Shown here: positions 19,849 through 29,778 of the stretch, piece by piece
Layout of the letters: every line of letters starts with the position of its first letter
Position numbering within the stretch: the stretch's first letter is position 1
Assembly: GCA_012519055.1 (NCBI GenBank)
Contig: JAAYQU010000035.1
Span: forward strand, 7,535-71,534
DNA length: 64,000 bases
Origin: Bacteroidales bacterium
GTDB lineage: Bacteria; Bacteroidota; Bacteroidia; Bacteroidales; Salinivirgaceae
Direction: 5' to 3'
The notes under the pieces: generated by a model
Databases searched by the model: none
What the model was told of the DNA's origin: nothing
Seen by the model: the letters and a program-made list of their open reading frames with translations, nothing else
Position numbers and translations under genes: made by a program

Positions 19849-19923
19849 TGGGCCCAGCTGGGCTCGAACCAGCGACCCCCTGATTATGAGTCAGGTGCTA
19901 CTAACCTGCTGAGCTATGGGCCC
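19849..19923 (-). tRNA. tRNA with anticodon CAT (elongator Met, or Ile2 if lysidine-modified)
   Basis: The reverse complement reads GGGCCCATAGCTCAGCAGGTTAGTAGCACCTGACTCATAATCAGGGGGTCGCTGGTTCGAGCCCAGCTGGGCCCA. It folds as a cloverleaf with a 7-bp acceptor stem, a CTCATAA anticodon loop and a GGTTCGAGCC T-loop. No CCA is encoded. Confidence 0.9.
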
Positions 19924-19990
19924 TCGCTATATATAATGCGTTTTTTCGGGTTGCAATATTACTAATTATTTTGCAATTTATGAATTTTTC

Positions 19991-20779
19991 CTACCTTTTT
20001 TTCAAACTTTCTGTGAATGCGTCGTAATTGAGAAAATAATCACCCTTGGGAAGTCCTGATATGTCGATAGTTGTGCCTTTCCCGTGTAACACTCTTGCCC
20101 CAACCGAATTAAAAATTTCATAATCGGTTTCGGCACTAAAGGTAATAGAAGTTGTGGGCTTTTTGGGTTCATAAGATACAGGACGAACAGGAGACCGAAT
20201 AACAACCTCTCTTGATAACCGATCTTCGTTACTAAAATCACGTTGACGAAATCTAAATTTATTTACTCCACTATGCATTGTAACAGGAACACTGTAAGTG
20301 TTGGATTCATATTCGCCTAGACCATCTATTGTACCAATCTTAACCCATTTGTTCCATCTGTACTGTTCAACTATATATGGTAGCGAACCCGACTCCTTAG
20401 TTGTCACCATATTTATTGTAGAGGTTTTAATATCAAATTTTAACGATTTAACCTCAAAAGTGCTGCTTGGTTTAATAACGTTCTCGTTTAAAACACGAGG
20501 CATACAACCCTCTTTGTGCTTAATTACAACAACTAAATTGTCACCAAGTTTTAATTGATGAGTTGATAAGTCTATCTCAAAAGCGCTGCTGTTAATATCA
20601 TCATTAATTTTATGATCGTTTATTTTAACTTCTGTTACACAAAAACCCCCATTTGGTGAAAAGGGATTCATAATGAACAAATTCTTGCCTTGGTAAATGC
20701 CTTTAAGCACTATTTCACCGGCAAAAGATGAGGTAGAAAACAACAGACAAAGAGTTATAAATAAAAAATTCCTGTTCAT
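19991..20779 (-). CDS. hypothetical secreted protein, possible T9SS C-terminal sorting domain
   Basis: 262 aa with a signal peptide (..SSFAGE). The C-terminus ..IFNSVGARVLHGKGTTIDISGLPKGDYFLNY...KKR resembles a Por/T9SS sorting tail. Confidence 0.55.
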   Translation of the reverse strand: MNRNFLFITLCLLFSTSSFAGEIVLKGIYQGKNLFIMNPFSPNGGFCVTEVKINDHKINDDINSSAFEIDLSTHQLKLGDNLVVVIKHKEGCMPRVLNENVIKPSSTFEVKSLKFDIKTSTINMVTTKESGSLPYIVEQYRWNKWVKIGTIDGLGEYESNTYSVPVTMHSGVNKFRFRQRDFSNEDRLSREVVIRSPVRPVSYEPKKPTTSITFSAETDYEIFNSVGARVLHGKGTTIDISGLPKGDYFLNYDAFTESLKKR

Positions 20780-21099
20780 TTTGATACACTACTGGTTTTA
20801 TTTCTTGTCACTTACACAACCAAATTGTAAAATTAAAATTTTTATCCGAAAATAAAAATACAATTTGTTTATTAAATGGCAGAAGCCTAAAAATGTTTTT
20901 GTTACAAATGCATTATATGTATCACTCGTCAATTCTTTTTCATTTCAAGTAATTCTTTAAAAATTATAGCTATTTTACTTAATATCAAATATTAATTCAC
21001 GTTTTGTTTTAAATATTAAGTGTCTCTTTGTCGTTTTAAATAAAAGCAAATTCTTAGTTTTATTATAAAATCATTTTAATCTATTATACAACAAATTAC

Positions 21100-21107
21100 T
21101 ATATTTG
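21100..21107 (+). promoter_or_regulatory. candidate -7 box TATATTTG
   Basis: TAnnTTTG match 35 nt upstream of the ATG at 21142. Confidence 0.35.
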
Positions 21108-21141
21108 TCGCCTAAACATTAGTTAGATAAATTATATACGT

Positions 21142-22032
21142 ATGAAAGGCGGAGCATCAAAACAATCATTAATTCAAAATATTTTAATAGGTGTTTTAAC
21201 CCTAATGGTAGGGTTATTAGGAGTTCTATATTTTGTCGAAAAGAAGAAAAAAGTAGAACAAATTGAAATCAATGTAGAACTAACAACTACAAAGGATAGT
21301 CTCGAAAGTCGACTTGTTGAAATGATTTCAGAATACGAAATGCTTAAAACCGATAATCAGGAGATTAATCAACAGCTTCTCGAAGAAAAAGAGAGAGTAA
21401 AAGATTTACTTACTCGCTTGCGTAATGAACGAAACTATAATCGTGCAAAATCTGAAGAATACGAAAAAGAGTTGAGTACAATGAGAAAAATTATGCGTAG
21501 TTATATTGTTCAAATTGACTCACTTAATCAAAGTAACATTGCACTTCGTTCAGAAAATAGAGATGTAAAACAGAAGATTAAAAAAGTAGAAACCGAGCGT
21601 GCTGAGATTAATAAACGTTATCAAGAGGCTTCAGAAAAAGTAAGTATTGCAAGTGTATTACGACCTATAAATATTGTAGGCGAGGGTATAAGTAAACGAG
21701 GTCGTGACATAACACGTGCGCGAAATGTCGATAAAATTAGAGTCTGTTTTACGCTTGACCAAAATCCAATAGCAGTACCCGGTAATAGATTTATTTATCT
21801 TTCTGTAACTCAGCCAAATGGTAGTGTTATGGATAATGATATGAATGACACTCTTTTTATAGATGATTCTCCCATTTTATATTCAGCAAGACGTGAAGTT
21901 GATTACCAAAATGAAAGTCTTGATGTATGTATCTATGTTGATGTAAAAACCGAGATTTCAAAAGGTACTTATAGGCTTGAGCTATTTGCCGATAATCATA
22001 AAATTGGGGAAAGCTCTGTCAGTTTTAAATAA
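21142..22032 (+). CDS. hypothetical membrane-anchored coiled-coil protein
   Basis: 296 aa with one N-terminal TM, about 140 aa of coiled coil and a C-terminal beta-rich domain. Confidence 0.55.
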   Translation: MKGGASKQSLIQNILIGVLTLMVGLLGVLYFVEKKKKVEQIEINVELTTTKDSLESRLVEMISEYEMLKTDNQEINQQLLEEKERVKDLLTRLRNERNYNRAKSEEYEKELSTMRKIMRSYIVQIDSLNQSNIALRSENRDVKQKIKKVETERAEINKRYQEASEKVSIASVLRPINIVGEGISKRGRDITRARNVDKIRVCFTLDQNPIAVPGNRFIYLSVTQPNGSVMDNDMNDTLFIDDSPILYSARREVDYQNESLDVCIYVDVKTEISKGTYRLELFADNHKIGESSVSFK

Positions 22033-22088
22033 GAGTTGAACTTATACAAGAAATAATCAGTATAATTTACTGTATGTTAAATGGTAAA

Positions 22089-22115
22089 GTAGAGACAGGC
22101 ATGCTCCGTTTCTAC
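22089..22115. terminator. GAGAC..GTCTC-family palindromic hairpin (degenerate copy)
   Basis: gtagagacaggcatgctccgtttctac at a convergent gene junction. It overlaps the stop codon of the glycosyltransferase gene. Confidence 0.55.
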
Positions 22116-23254
22116 TTGTTAATTGTCTCTGTGGCTTTAACAAAAACCTTATCGAATTTATCTGCTGTTAAATCCCATGAGAAAAGCTCTTTTCTGTTCA
22201 ACCCATTTTCAATCAATCGATTAACGGTGTCAGGGTCTTTATAGATTATATTCATAGCTTCAAATATCTCTTCTGGCTTGAACGGATCGACAATTAAAGC
22301 AGCATTACCTGCAACTTCAGGCATTGATGAGGTGTTAGACGTAATTACCGGAGTTTTTGACTCAAATGCCTCAATAATTGGAATTCCAAATCCTTCAAAA
22401 ACAGAAACATACATTAGTGCAGTTGCAGATGCGGTAACCCTGCTTAACTCATCAGTAGGCAAATGTCCAATAAAAACCACATCATTTTTAAAATCCATTT
22501 TAGAGTAGGCTTCATCTAATTCTTTGTCCCATATCCACTTTGTTCCCACAATTAAAAATTTATGTGTGGAATCGCTATTTGCCTTCTTAAACATATCAAA
22601 CGCCAAAAGTTGATTTTTAAGATTTTTACGTGGGTGAATAGTACCAATAAATAGAAAATAGTCGCAATTGTTGGCATATTGAGCCTTAATATTCAACTTT
22701 AAGTCATTATCAAGCGGCTCAAAATGATTGTTAATTCCATTATAAACAACTGATATTTTGTTTGAGTCAATTTGATATTTTGTAGCTATGTCGTTTTTTG
22801 AATACTCCGATACAGTAGCAATTTCGATGGCTTTATTTGCTCCCTTGGGTACGGTTTTTTTAAAATATTTTGTCATGTAAGAAGGAGTAAAACTTGGGTA
22901 ATGTTCGAATGTCAAATCGTGTATTACTAATAACGACGGAACCTTAGATTTTGTAGTGTTTACTGTATCGCCAGAAATAAAAAGATCAATTTTATATTTT
23001 TTCAACACTTTGGGTAATTGAAAATCATACCAAAATTTGTAAAATAATGGATGATACCTACATTTTGGAGGCACAACAATTGGAACAATGTTTGGGGAAG
23101 TTATGAACTTATGACTATATGAACGGTCAAAAAAATAATAAAACGTATGCTCGGGATGTTTTGCAACTATTCGTTTCATGGTTTCAAAAATAAACCAACC
23201 TATACCGGTCATGTTGTTTTCGACAAGCATTCTTGTGTTAACTCCAATGTTCAT
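22112..23254 (-). CDS. glycosyltransferase family 4 (GT1-type fold)
   Basis: 380 aa with the EGFGIPIIEAFESKTPVITSNTSSMPEVAG (E-x7-E) motif. Confidence 0.85.
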   Translation of the reverse strand: MNIGVNTRMLVENNMTGIGWFIFETMKRIVAKHPEHTFYYFFDRSYSHKFITSPNIVPIVVPPKCRYHPLFYKFWYDFQLPKVLKKYKIDLFISGDTVNTTKSKVPSLLVIHDLTFEHYPSFTPSYMTKYFKKTVPKGANKAIEIATVSEYSKNDIATKYQIDSNKISVVYNGINNHFEPLDNDLKLNIKAQYANNCDYFLFIGTIHPRKNLKNQLLAFDMFKKANSDSTHKFLIVGTKWIWDKELDEAYSKMDFKNDVVFIGHLPTDELSRVTASATALMYVSVFEGFGIPIIEAFESKTPVITSNTSSMPEVAGNAALIVDPFKPEEIFEAMNIIYKDPDTVNRLIENGLNRKELFSWDLTADKFDKVFVKATETINK

Positions 23255-23258
23255 AATC

Positions 23259-24077
23259 TCAGGGTGTAACTAATGTTTCTATTCCTAACTTATTAACCTT
23301 TTGTGCAACAGCTTCAAGTGTCTCTGCACTAATTTTTTCAACCTTAAACGAAGCGGGAATACGTGATATAGTGTATATTTGAATTAAACGTGGCTTTACT
23401 CTTTTTAAAATATTTAGCCATGCGTTAACCTCAAAATCTGTGGTATTGTCAACTATAACCCCATTACATTCAGCTCGTATAAACATGGTTTGCAAAATAA
23501 AATCAGAGTTCATTTTAACCAACGCTTTAATTAAGTTTTCCAGGTTATAATTAACTAATGGGGAATCCATTATTCGCACAGTCTCCTCGATAGCAGAGTC
23601 GAGTTTAATTATTGGATCATCGACAAGTGAAAGTGCTTTTACTACAACAGGATTATGCAATTGTGTGCCATTTGTGAGTACCGCTATTTTTGAGTCGGGG
23701 TAGTATTTTTGTCTTAAAATAATTAGCTTTTCTATTATTTCTAAAAAATCAGGGTGAATTGTTGGCTCTCCATTACCGGCAAATGTGATATGATCGATGG
23801 TGTTCCCTTTTTTCTTGTTGAGGATAAGAGAATTTTCTATTGCCATAATTACATCAGAAACACTTGGCAATTTACTTTTTTCTGTTGTTGCGTGAGTGAA
23901 GCCACATTCACAGTAAATACAGTTAAATGTACAAACCTTTTTATTTGCTGGTAATAGATTAATTCCTAAAGAAGATCCTAAGCGTCTGCTGTAAACAGGT
24001 CCAAATACAATGCTGTCGAACAAAAAACTACCGGGTAAATCCGGGTCAGTGCTTAGGGTTGATTGAATACTGTCCAT
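23259..24077 (-). CDS. radical SAM protein (COG0731-like, function unknown)
   Basis: 272 aa. GPVYSRRLGSSLGINLLP followed by a C-x3-C-x2-C cluster (CTFNCIYCEC), then a GNGEPT motif. Confidence 0.8.
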   Translation of the reverse strand: MDSIQSTLSTDPDLPGSFLFDSIVFGPVYSRRLGSSLGINLLPANKKVCTFNCIYCECGFTHATTEKSKLPSVSDVIMAIENSLILNKKKGNTIDHITFAGNGEPTIHPDFLEIIEKLIILRQKYYPDSKIAVLTNGTQLHNPVVVKALSLVDDPIIKLDSAIEETVRIMDSPLVNYNLENLIKALVKMNSDFILQTMFIRAECNGVIVDNTTDFEVNAWLNILKRVKPRLIQIYTISRIPASFKVEKISAETLEAVAQKVNKLGIETLVTP

Positions 24078-24135
24078 ATATTAAACCTTTTATTTAATTA
24101 AGATTAACTACTAATCTTATAATCAGGCAAATTGT

Positions 24136-25053
24136 TTAAAAATATAAAATGGGTTTGTCATTACCGGTTGACATTTTAGAAATTTCTGTTAATAGGTTAT
24201 TAGCAAGCCTGCTAGCACCAAACCTAAATAGTTTCTTGTTTAACCAATCCTCTCCCAACACCTCTTTTACTATAGCATAGTAAATTATAGCATCGTCAGC
24301 TGTGGAGATACCGCCAGCCGGTTTAAATCCAATCTTTTTCCCAGTTAATTTATGGAATTCTTTGATGCAATTACACATAATGTATGCAGCCTCTGGCGTT
24401 GCAGCAGGAGTGATTTTGCCAGTGCTTGTTTTAATAAAATCAGCACCTGCTTCCATTGCAAGTAGTGATGCAATACGAATTTCTTTCATGTTTCGCATTA
24501 GTCCCGATTCTAAAATTACCTTTAAATGCGCTTCGTCTATAGAGTTTTTTTGTGCTGCAATTTCGCGAAAAACGTAGTCATAGTTTTTTTCAAAAAATTC
24601 ACCCACAGAAATTACGGTGTCAACCTCTGTAGCTCCTTCAATAACAGCGCGTTTGCATTCTAAAGTTTTAATATCGAAAAAAGTTTGAGAAGCAGGGAAT
24701 CCCGCACCAACCGCAGCTATTTCTACTCCACTAATGGAGAGGGTCTTTTTAACAACAGGAACTAATGCTGGATAAACACAAATAGCAGCAACATTTGGTA
24801 AGTTTGGGAAAGTTTTAGCAAACCAATTAACTTTTTCAGTCATATCTGTTATTTCAGAACGGGTATCGCTTACATTTAAAGATGTAAGGTCGATAATGCT
24901 GAACAAAAACTTTAGAGTTTCAATATCTTTATATTTACCCGACTCTTTAATGATTCTACTAACACTCTCTTTTATTTCAACTTCGTTGATTTCTAAATTG
25001 TATTTCTTTAATTGTTCCATAAATTGTGATTTTAAATTTTGATGTTGAAACAT
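24136..25053 (-). CDS. deoC: deoxyribose-phosphate aldolase (long form)
   Basis: FIKTSTGK Schiff-base lysine region and GFKPAGGIST. The ORF-track start at 25068 is TTG. ATG options are 25053 and 25020, and the start is uncertain. Confidence 0.85.
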   Translation of the reverse strand: MFQHQNLKSQFMEQLKKYNLEINEVEIKESVSRIIKESGKYKDIETLKFLFSIIDLTSLNVSDTRSEITDMTEKVNWFAKTFPNLPNVAAICVYPALVPVVKKTLSISGVEIAAVGAGFPASQTFFDIKTLECKRAVIEGATEVDTVISVGEFFEKNYDYVFREIAAQKNSIDEAHLKVILESGLMRNMKEIRIASLLAMEAGADFIKTSTGKITPAATPEAAYIMCNCIKEFHKLTGKKIGFKPAGGISTADDAIIYYAIVKEVLGEDWLNKKLFRFGASRLANNLLTEISKMSTGNDKPILYF

Positions 25054-25129
25054 TGTTTTTATATGCAATTTTTATACTGTGTGTTAGCACACTTGTTTTA
25101 TTTGTTTCTCTCGGTCAAATAAATGTTCG

Positions 25130-25669
25130 TTAAAAAATTGATTTTTTTACTTTCTGTCCTTTATCCGTGTTTGAGATTGAGAAATTACTAGTATTTCCAT
25201 TCTTCTCACCAATCAAAAAGTATGTATCAAACTCTCTTTTTTCTATTTGCCCAAAAATCCTGTAAATCATAAAATGATTAATACTATCACTTTCTAAGAC
25301 TTGTCGCTTTAATCCATGTGACTCAACAAAATATTTTGAATCCCATTCATAAAATGCTTTTATGAAATTGTATCCAGCTTCTGCACCATTCATATTAAAC
25401 TCATACTTATCAAATCTACCAAATGAAATTGCAATAATAACTGAATCTTGATTTCTAAAAAACTGTTGTCTGCTAATTGAATTGTAGCTTGTCTTTTCCC
25501 AATGACCAGGAAGGGTTACTGAACCATAAGGAATAACAAAATAATCTGTCTCGTTTTTTGTTTCGTTATAATTTCCGCCAGTAATTGTGCTTGTTCTTTG
25601 GGAGACACAATTTGTCAAAAAAGATGCAATTGCAAGCAGAATAAATGTGTTAATAAAATTTACTTTCAT
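25130..25669 (-). CDS. hypothetical lipoprotein
   Basis: 179 aa with signal peptide and lipobox (LTNC). Confidence 0.5.
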   Translation of the reverse strand: MKVNFINTFILLAIASFLTNCVSQRTSTITGGNYNETKNETDYFVIPYGSVTLPGHWEKTSYNSISRQQFFRNQDSVIIAISFGRFDKYEFNMNGAEAGYNFIKAFYEWDSKYFVESHGLKRQVLESDSINHFMIYRIFGQIEKREFDTYFLIGEKNGNTSNFSISNTDKGQKVKKSIF

Positions 25670-25775
25670 TGAAGTTAATTAATAATTATTTTGTTTGACC
25701 TTTTAATCATGATTAAGTTGTTTTTATACTAGTGTTAGATATTGATCACATTCAACAACAATTAACATAGCCAGT

Positions 25776-26588
25776 TCAAATAGTAAGTAAATTATCTTTT
25801 TTTGGATTGAAACATATAACCGGAACCTTATGACAATTAGCAACTAACTGTTGTTTTGCAGTGTCATAAAAGTAGTCTTTTAATGAATTAATTTCATTTG
25901 TTGTTATAGCAATTAAATCAGCCTGTTTTTTGCCAACAAAGTCAATCGCGGCGTTATAAAAGTTGGTTTTATCTCTGTGTATGTGTTCAGTATAATTTAT
26001 GTTATTACTTTGTAAGTTGTTAATAATGAAGTCGCATGTTAGATCTGTTTTAAAGTCTAACTTTAAGTTGTTAGTAATATTTTTTAAAACAATTACCTCA
26101 CTCCTATAAAGATTGGCAAGATTTATTATAAAAGACACATTTTCTTTTGTTTCAGTATTTGAATCAATAGGGAAAATAATTCTTTTTAAATAAATTTGTT
26201 TTGGAGGAGCTTGTACAACAACAAACGGTGCGTTTGACTTTGAAAGGACCCTTTTTACGCGACTACCAATTATTTTTTGTATGCCACTGTAACCATGCGT
26301 CCCCATTACAACAAGCCTTGCTTGTATATTATTTGCAGTTTCGCTTATGGTAGTAAAAATATTACCTGTTTTAACTATAATTTTTGGTTCTATACCATGT
26401 TTTCTTTTACACTCTTTTGAAACTGTTTTTAGTTGCGAAACAACAGTTTCCTCTTCACTGTCGTTTTTTAAGATATGTAGTAAAACAATATTTTTCCCCG
26501 ACATGCTAGACATTCGTACAGCATGTTCTAATGCATAGGCAGAGACATCAGTAAAATCCCACGTTACTAATATGGGTAAAATATCCAT
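25776..26588 (-). CDS. tandem-domain universal stress protein (UspA family)
   Basis: 270 aa. VVMGTHGYSGIQKIIGS plus a second Usp-like half. Confidence 0.75.
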   Translation of the reverse strand: MDILPILVTWDFTDVSAYALEHAVRMSSMSGKNIVLLHILKNDSEEETVVSQLKTVSKECKRKHGIEPKIIVKTGNIFTTISETANNIQARLVVMGTHGYSGIQKIIGSRVKRVLSKSNAPFVVVQAPPKQIYLKRIIFPIDSNTETKENVSFIINLANLYRSEVIVLKNITNNLKLDFKTDLTCDFIINNLQSNNINYTEHIHRDKTNFYNAAIDFVGKKQADLIAITTNEINSLKDYFYDTAKQQLVANCHKVPVICFNPKKDNLLTI

Positions 26589-26636
26589 TTATCCTTGTTT
26601 TATTGAGCAAAGATAACAATTTGCAATGAACAAAGT

Positions 26637-26669
26637 GTTAAAAGTTAAAAGTTTGTAAAGTTGAAAATG
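26637..26669 (+). repeat. GTTAAAAGTT/GAAAGTT word repeat
   Basis: gttaaaagttaaaagtttgtaaagttgaaaatgg, nearly identical to 19652-19680. It is preceded by an aacaatttgcaatgaacaa word at 26613-26635. Confidence 0.6.
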
Positions 26670-27017
26670 GAGAAGAGCTTCATAATTGTCGGGCTTACTG
26701 ATTTTTTAAAGCGTGCGACAAATGATAATTGAATTAAAAAAATGAAAATCAAAAATCCGCATAAAATCATGACATTTGTAATTAATTTTAATCATATAAG
26801 CAAAACAGATTGTCCGAAAAATAAGTAATTTCGTTTTTCATATTTATGTCTCACTATTTATTGCATAAATAATATAAATAGTTGTAGATAACTGTGTTTA
26901 TTGTCGGTGATATTCATAGCACATGGTCTAAAAAGAAAAAGTTACTCTATTTTTTTGATAATTCAAACATAAAAACTAAATTGACACGTAAATTGATATT
27001 ATTAAAATATTAGTCAG

Positions 27018-28241
27018 ATGAAAGGCAGTTCAAAACCAAGGAAAAATATAACACTATCACAAAATGCTCTTCTGCCAAAAGAGGAGATGCTTGAAGTCGC
27101 GCGTGAAAAGAAACGATTAACCATCGGTGTACCCTTAGAGCGTGAAAATCTCGAGAATAGGGTTGCATTAGCTCCTCATGCAGTTGAATTATTGGTTGGC
27201 AATGGACACACTGTATATATTCAAAGCACAGCAGGTGACTCAGCAAACTTTTCAGACATTGAGTATTCGGAAGCAGGAGGATCAATCACTGAAGATGTAA
27301 AAGATATATACAATTCAGATATAGTTATTAAGGTTGCACCACCAACACAGGAAGAAATATCTTTAATGAAAGGTAGTCAAATTTTAATATCATCATTACT
27401 TATAGGAACACAAGAACCTGAGTATATTAAAGCCCTAATAGAGAAGAAGATAACAGCTATTGCATTTGAATACCTACGAGACAGAGAAAATAAATTTTGT
27501 CCGGTTACAGAATCTATGAGCGAAATATCGGGAGCTGCTTCAATTCTAATTGCAGCAGAATACTTGAGTAACGCAAATCGTGGAAAAGGCGAAATGTTAG
27601 GAGGTATTGCTGGGATAAACCCCACTGATGTCGTTGTTTTAGGCGCCAGCAGTGCAGGAGAGTGTGCTGCAAGGACAGCTTTGGGTTTAGGGGCAATTGT
27701 CCGTGTGTTTGACCATTCGATATATAAGCTCAGAGAACTTCAATATAAGCTTGGACAACCTATTTATACCAGTATAATACAACCTCGCGTTTTGCATAAA
27801 GCACTTAAAATTGCTGATGTTGTTATTGGAGCCTTGCCATTTAGCGAAGAGAGCAGATTTAAGGTAAGTCTTGACTCTATCATGCAGATGAAGCCAAATT
27901 CTGTTATTGTCGATATAGGTATGGATCATGGCGGTTGCTTTGAAACCAGTGAAGTGACAACATTAGAAGCTCCTACTTTTAAGAAGTTTAATGTTATACA
28001 CTATTGTGTGCCAAATATTCCATCAAGGGTTTCAAGAACTGCCTCGTATGCTTTGAGCAATATATTTGGTCCTCTGTTAATAGATATAGCAGAAATGGGG
28101 GGGATTAACCATATAATTAGCGAAAATATAGGGTTTAGAAATGGAGTATATCTATATAACGGAATACTTACAAAAGAGGCAATAGGTCGGAAATTTGGAT
28201 TGCCTAGCAGAGATATCGATTTACTTTTGGCCGCGTTTTAA
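27018..28241 (+). CDS. alanine dehydrogenase / PNT-alpha family NAD-dependent dehydrogenase
   Basis: 407 aa with a Rossmann motif VVVLGASSAGECAA and Ald/PNT-like N- and C-terminal domains. An internal start is possible. Confidence 0.75.
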   Translation: MKGSSKPRKNITLSQNALLPKEEMLEVAREKKRLTIGVPLERENLENRVALAPHAVELLVGNGHTVYIQSTAGDSANFSDIEYSEAGGSITEDVKDIYNSDIVIKVAPPTQEEISLMKGSQILISSLLIGTQEPEYIKALIEKKITAIAFEYLRDRENKFCPVTESMSEISGAASILIAAEYLSNANRGKGEMLGGIAGINPTDVVVLGASSAGECAARTALGLGAIVRVFDHSIYKLRELQYKLGQPIYTSIIQPRVLHKALKIADVVIGALPFSEESRFKVSLDSIMQMKPNSVIVDIGMDHGGCFETSEVTTLEAPTFKKFNVIHYCVPNIPSRVSRTASYALSNIFGPLLIDIAEMGGINHIISENIGFRNGVYLYNGILTKEAIGRKFGLPSRDIDLLLAAF

Positions 28242-28254
28242 CAATTAGCAATTG
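28241..28254 (+). repeat. AATTAGCAAT word directly abutting the stop codon
   Basis: acaattagcaattg begins at the last base of the TAA. Confidence 0.45.
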
Positions 28255-28410
28255 AGATAAAAGGTAAGGGGGGCAAGGTAAAAGTGATAGTAGTTTCTGC
28301 TTCGTTCAATGATTAAACTAATAATCAATTAACAGTAATTTATTGACCTTTATTAATAGATTTCTTGTTAAAGCTTTACTTTGTGTAGTAATTTATAATT
28401 AACTTGTTTT

Positions 28411-28440
28411 CAATTTTTAACTTTCTACAACTTTTAACAT
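28411..28440 (-). repeat. GTTAAAAGTT word repeat (reverse orientation)
   Basis: caatttttaactttctacaacttttaacat. Confidence 0.55.
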
Positions 28441-28553
28441 TTCGACTTCGCTCTGCGCACCGTATTGTTAATTGCTAAAGCGCAAGCCTATAGGTGTGTA
28501 ACATCGCACAACCCCACTCATAGGGTGGTATACTTTTACCTTTTATCTTGTAC

Positions 28554-29612
28554 CTAGTTTAATTGTTCATTGATATACGTTTTGTTGAAACGAATAATTC
28601 CGAAACTGTCAAAAGAAATCCCTTTGATATTTGAATCGTGAATAATATATAAATCACTGTTTTTCATCTCTTCGGTTTGCATAAGTATGAAATCGGGGTT
28701 TTCTCCTCTAAATCTTTCAATATTTGATTCCATAAACTGAGTTACAACATTTTGACTTAAACCAAATATTAAACTAAGTCTTCCTTCACTCAACATTTGA
28801 AGCTCTTTGTCGATTGATTTGTTGAAAAATATACGAATTTTTGAAAATCCTAAATGCTCTGATGTGTCTAAAACATAATTTTCATTTTGTATTAGTATCC
28901 ACTTATTCTCTTTCATTAAATTTTTAGAAATTTTGTAAGGTCCACAGCCAACTATTGTTTCAATCCCATATTTGGAGAGTGCTTCATGCGGCATAATTGC
29001 CATTTTTGGCATTGCTAAATGATATAGTAATGTAGGATAAGATTCTGACAACTCTATGACTAAAGTATGTTCGTTTGAAAATATAATACCCTCAATTCCA
29101 ATATCTGGGACAACATCATCTGAACACGCGTCATAAAACACTTCAATGCCTTGTATTGAGGTCACAAAACCTAAAGGTCGATTGTATTTTTTACAAGTCC
29201 AGACATAATGCTTAATTGAGCTAACAACATCAATTGCCTGAACAGTACGATTTTTATCTTTCCCAAACACTTCATCTTCGTGAAACTTTACGTCATCGCG
29301 AAGATAAAATACAAATCTTGAATAGTCAGAGTTTACCATCCAATCGTATGCTATTGCAGGATAAGGCTCTCCCGTTTCCTTATCTATAGTAACTAATGTA
29401 CTATGAATTTGTGATGATATTTGTGTCTCACTCTGTTTAGTCTCTAGATAGGGGAAAATTGTCTCAGGTTTATCGGACTCTGAGTAAGAAATCACACCAA
29501 GCACAGAGGCGTAATCGTTTTTACATGATAGGATTACGCTGCTGATTAATAAAACTATAGAAAAGAAAGTTATGCGTCTGTAAGCTATTGTTTTAGTATA
29601 TACGATCTTCAT
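28554..29612 (-). CDS. short family-5 solute-binding-protein-like lipoprotein
   Basis: 352 aa with lipobox ILSC. It has SBP_bac_5-like segments (YDWMVN..VFYLRDDVKFH; GCGPYKISK). It is about 150-200 aa shorter than typical peptide/nickel SBPs as I recall them. Confidence 0.5.
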   Translation of the reverse strand: MKIVYTKTIAYRRITFFSIVLLISSVILSCKNDYASVLGVISYSESDKPETIFPYLETKQSETQISSQIHSTLVTIDKETGEPYPAIAYDWMVNSDYSRFVFYLRDDVKFHEDEVFGKDKNRTVQAIDVVSSIKHYVWTCKKYNRPLGFVTSIQGIEVFYDACSDDVVPDIGIEGIIFSNEHTLVIELSESYPTLLYHLAMPKMAIMPHEALSKYGIETIVGCGPYKISKNLMKENKWILIQNENYVLDTSEHLGFSKIRIFFNKSIDKELQMLSEGRLSLIFGLSQNVVTQFMESNIERFRGENPDFILMQTEEMKNSDLYIIHDSNIKGISFDSFGIIRFNKTYINEQLN

Positions 29613-29671
29613 TACTTTTGTATTTAGAATTTACAGTAAACTTAAAAAAAAATATCAAAATATCAAAACAT

Positions 29672-29697
29672 CAATTAACTTTCAACTTTTAACTTTG
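29672..29697 (-). repeat. GTTAAAAGTT word repeat (reverse orientation)
   Basis: caattaactttcaacttttaactttg. Confidence 0.5.
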
Positions 29698-29778
29698 TTT
29701 CTACTATTGTGAATGGCACCAAAATATTATATCTTAGCGTTGATTTTCACAAGCAAATAATGAAAAGATAGATCGAAT

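Noticed and set aside
20002-20558. ORFs 20002-20241 (-) and 20298-20558 (+) inside the 19991-20779 gene.
   Set aside because: These are alternative frames of a longer ORF that has a signal peptide and a T9SS-like tail. The longer ORF is the more parsimonious call.
19654-20779. A genomic island or integrative element next to the tRNA.
   Set aside because: No integrase, no direct repeat of the tRNA 3' end and no obvious compositional shift were seen. The adjacent gene is an ordinary secreted hypothetical.
27010-27285. 91-aa minus-strand ORF overlapping the 5' end of the alanine-dehydrogenase-family gene.
   Set aside because: It lies opposite a motif-supported CDS, and its own sequence has no distinguishing features.
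28242-28553. The missing C-terminal lobe of the SBP-like gene, present downstream as a frameshifted pseudogene remnant.
   Set aside because: The 312-bp downstream region consists of the word and hairpin repeats and has no extended reading frame on the minus strand. The short ORF appears intact.
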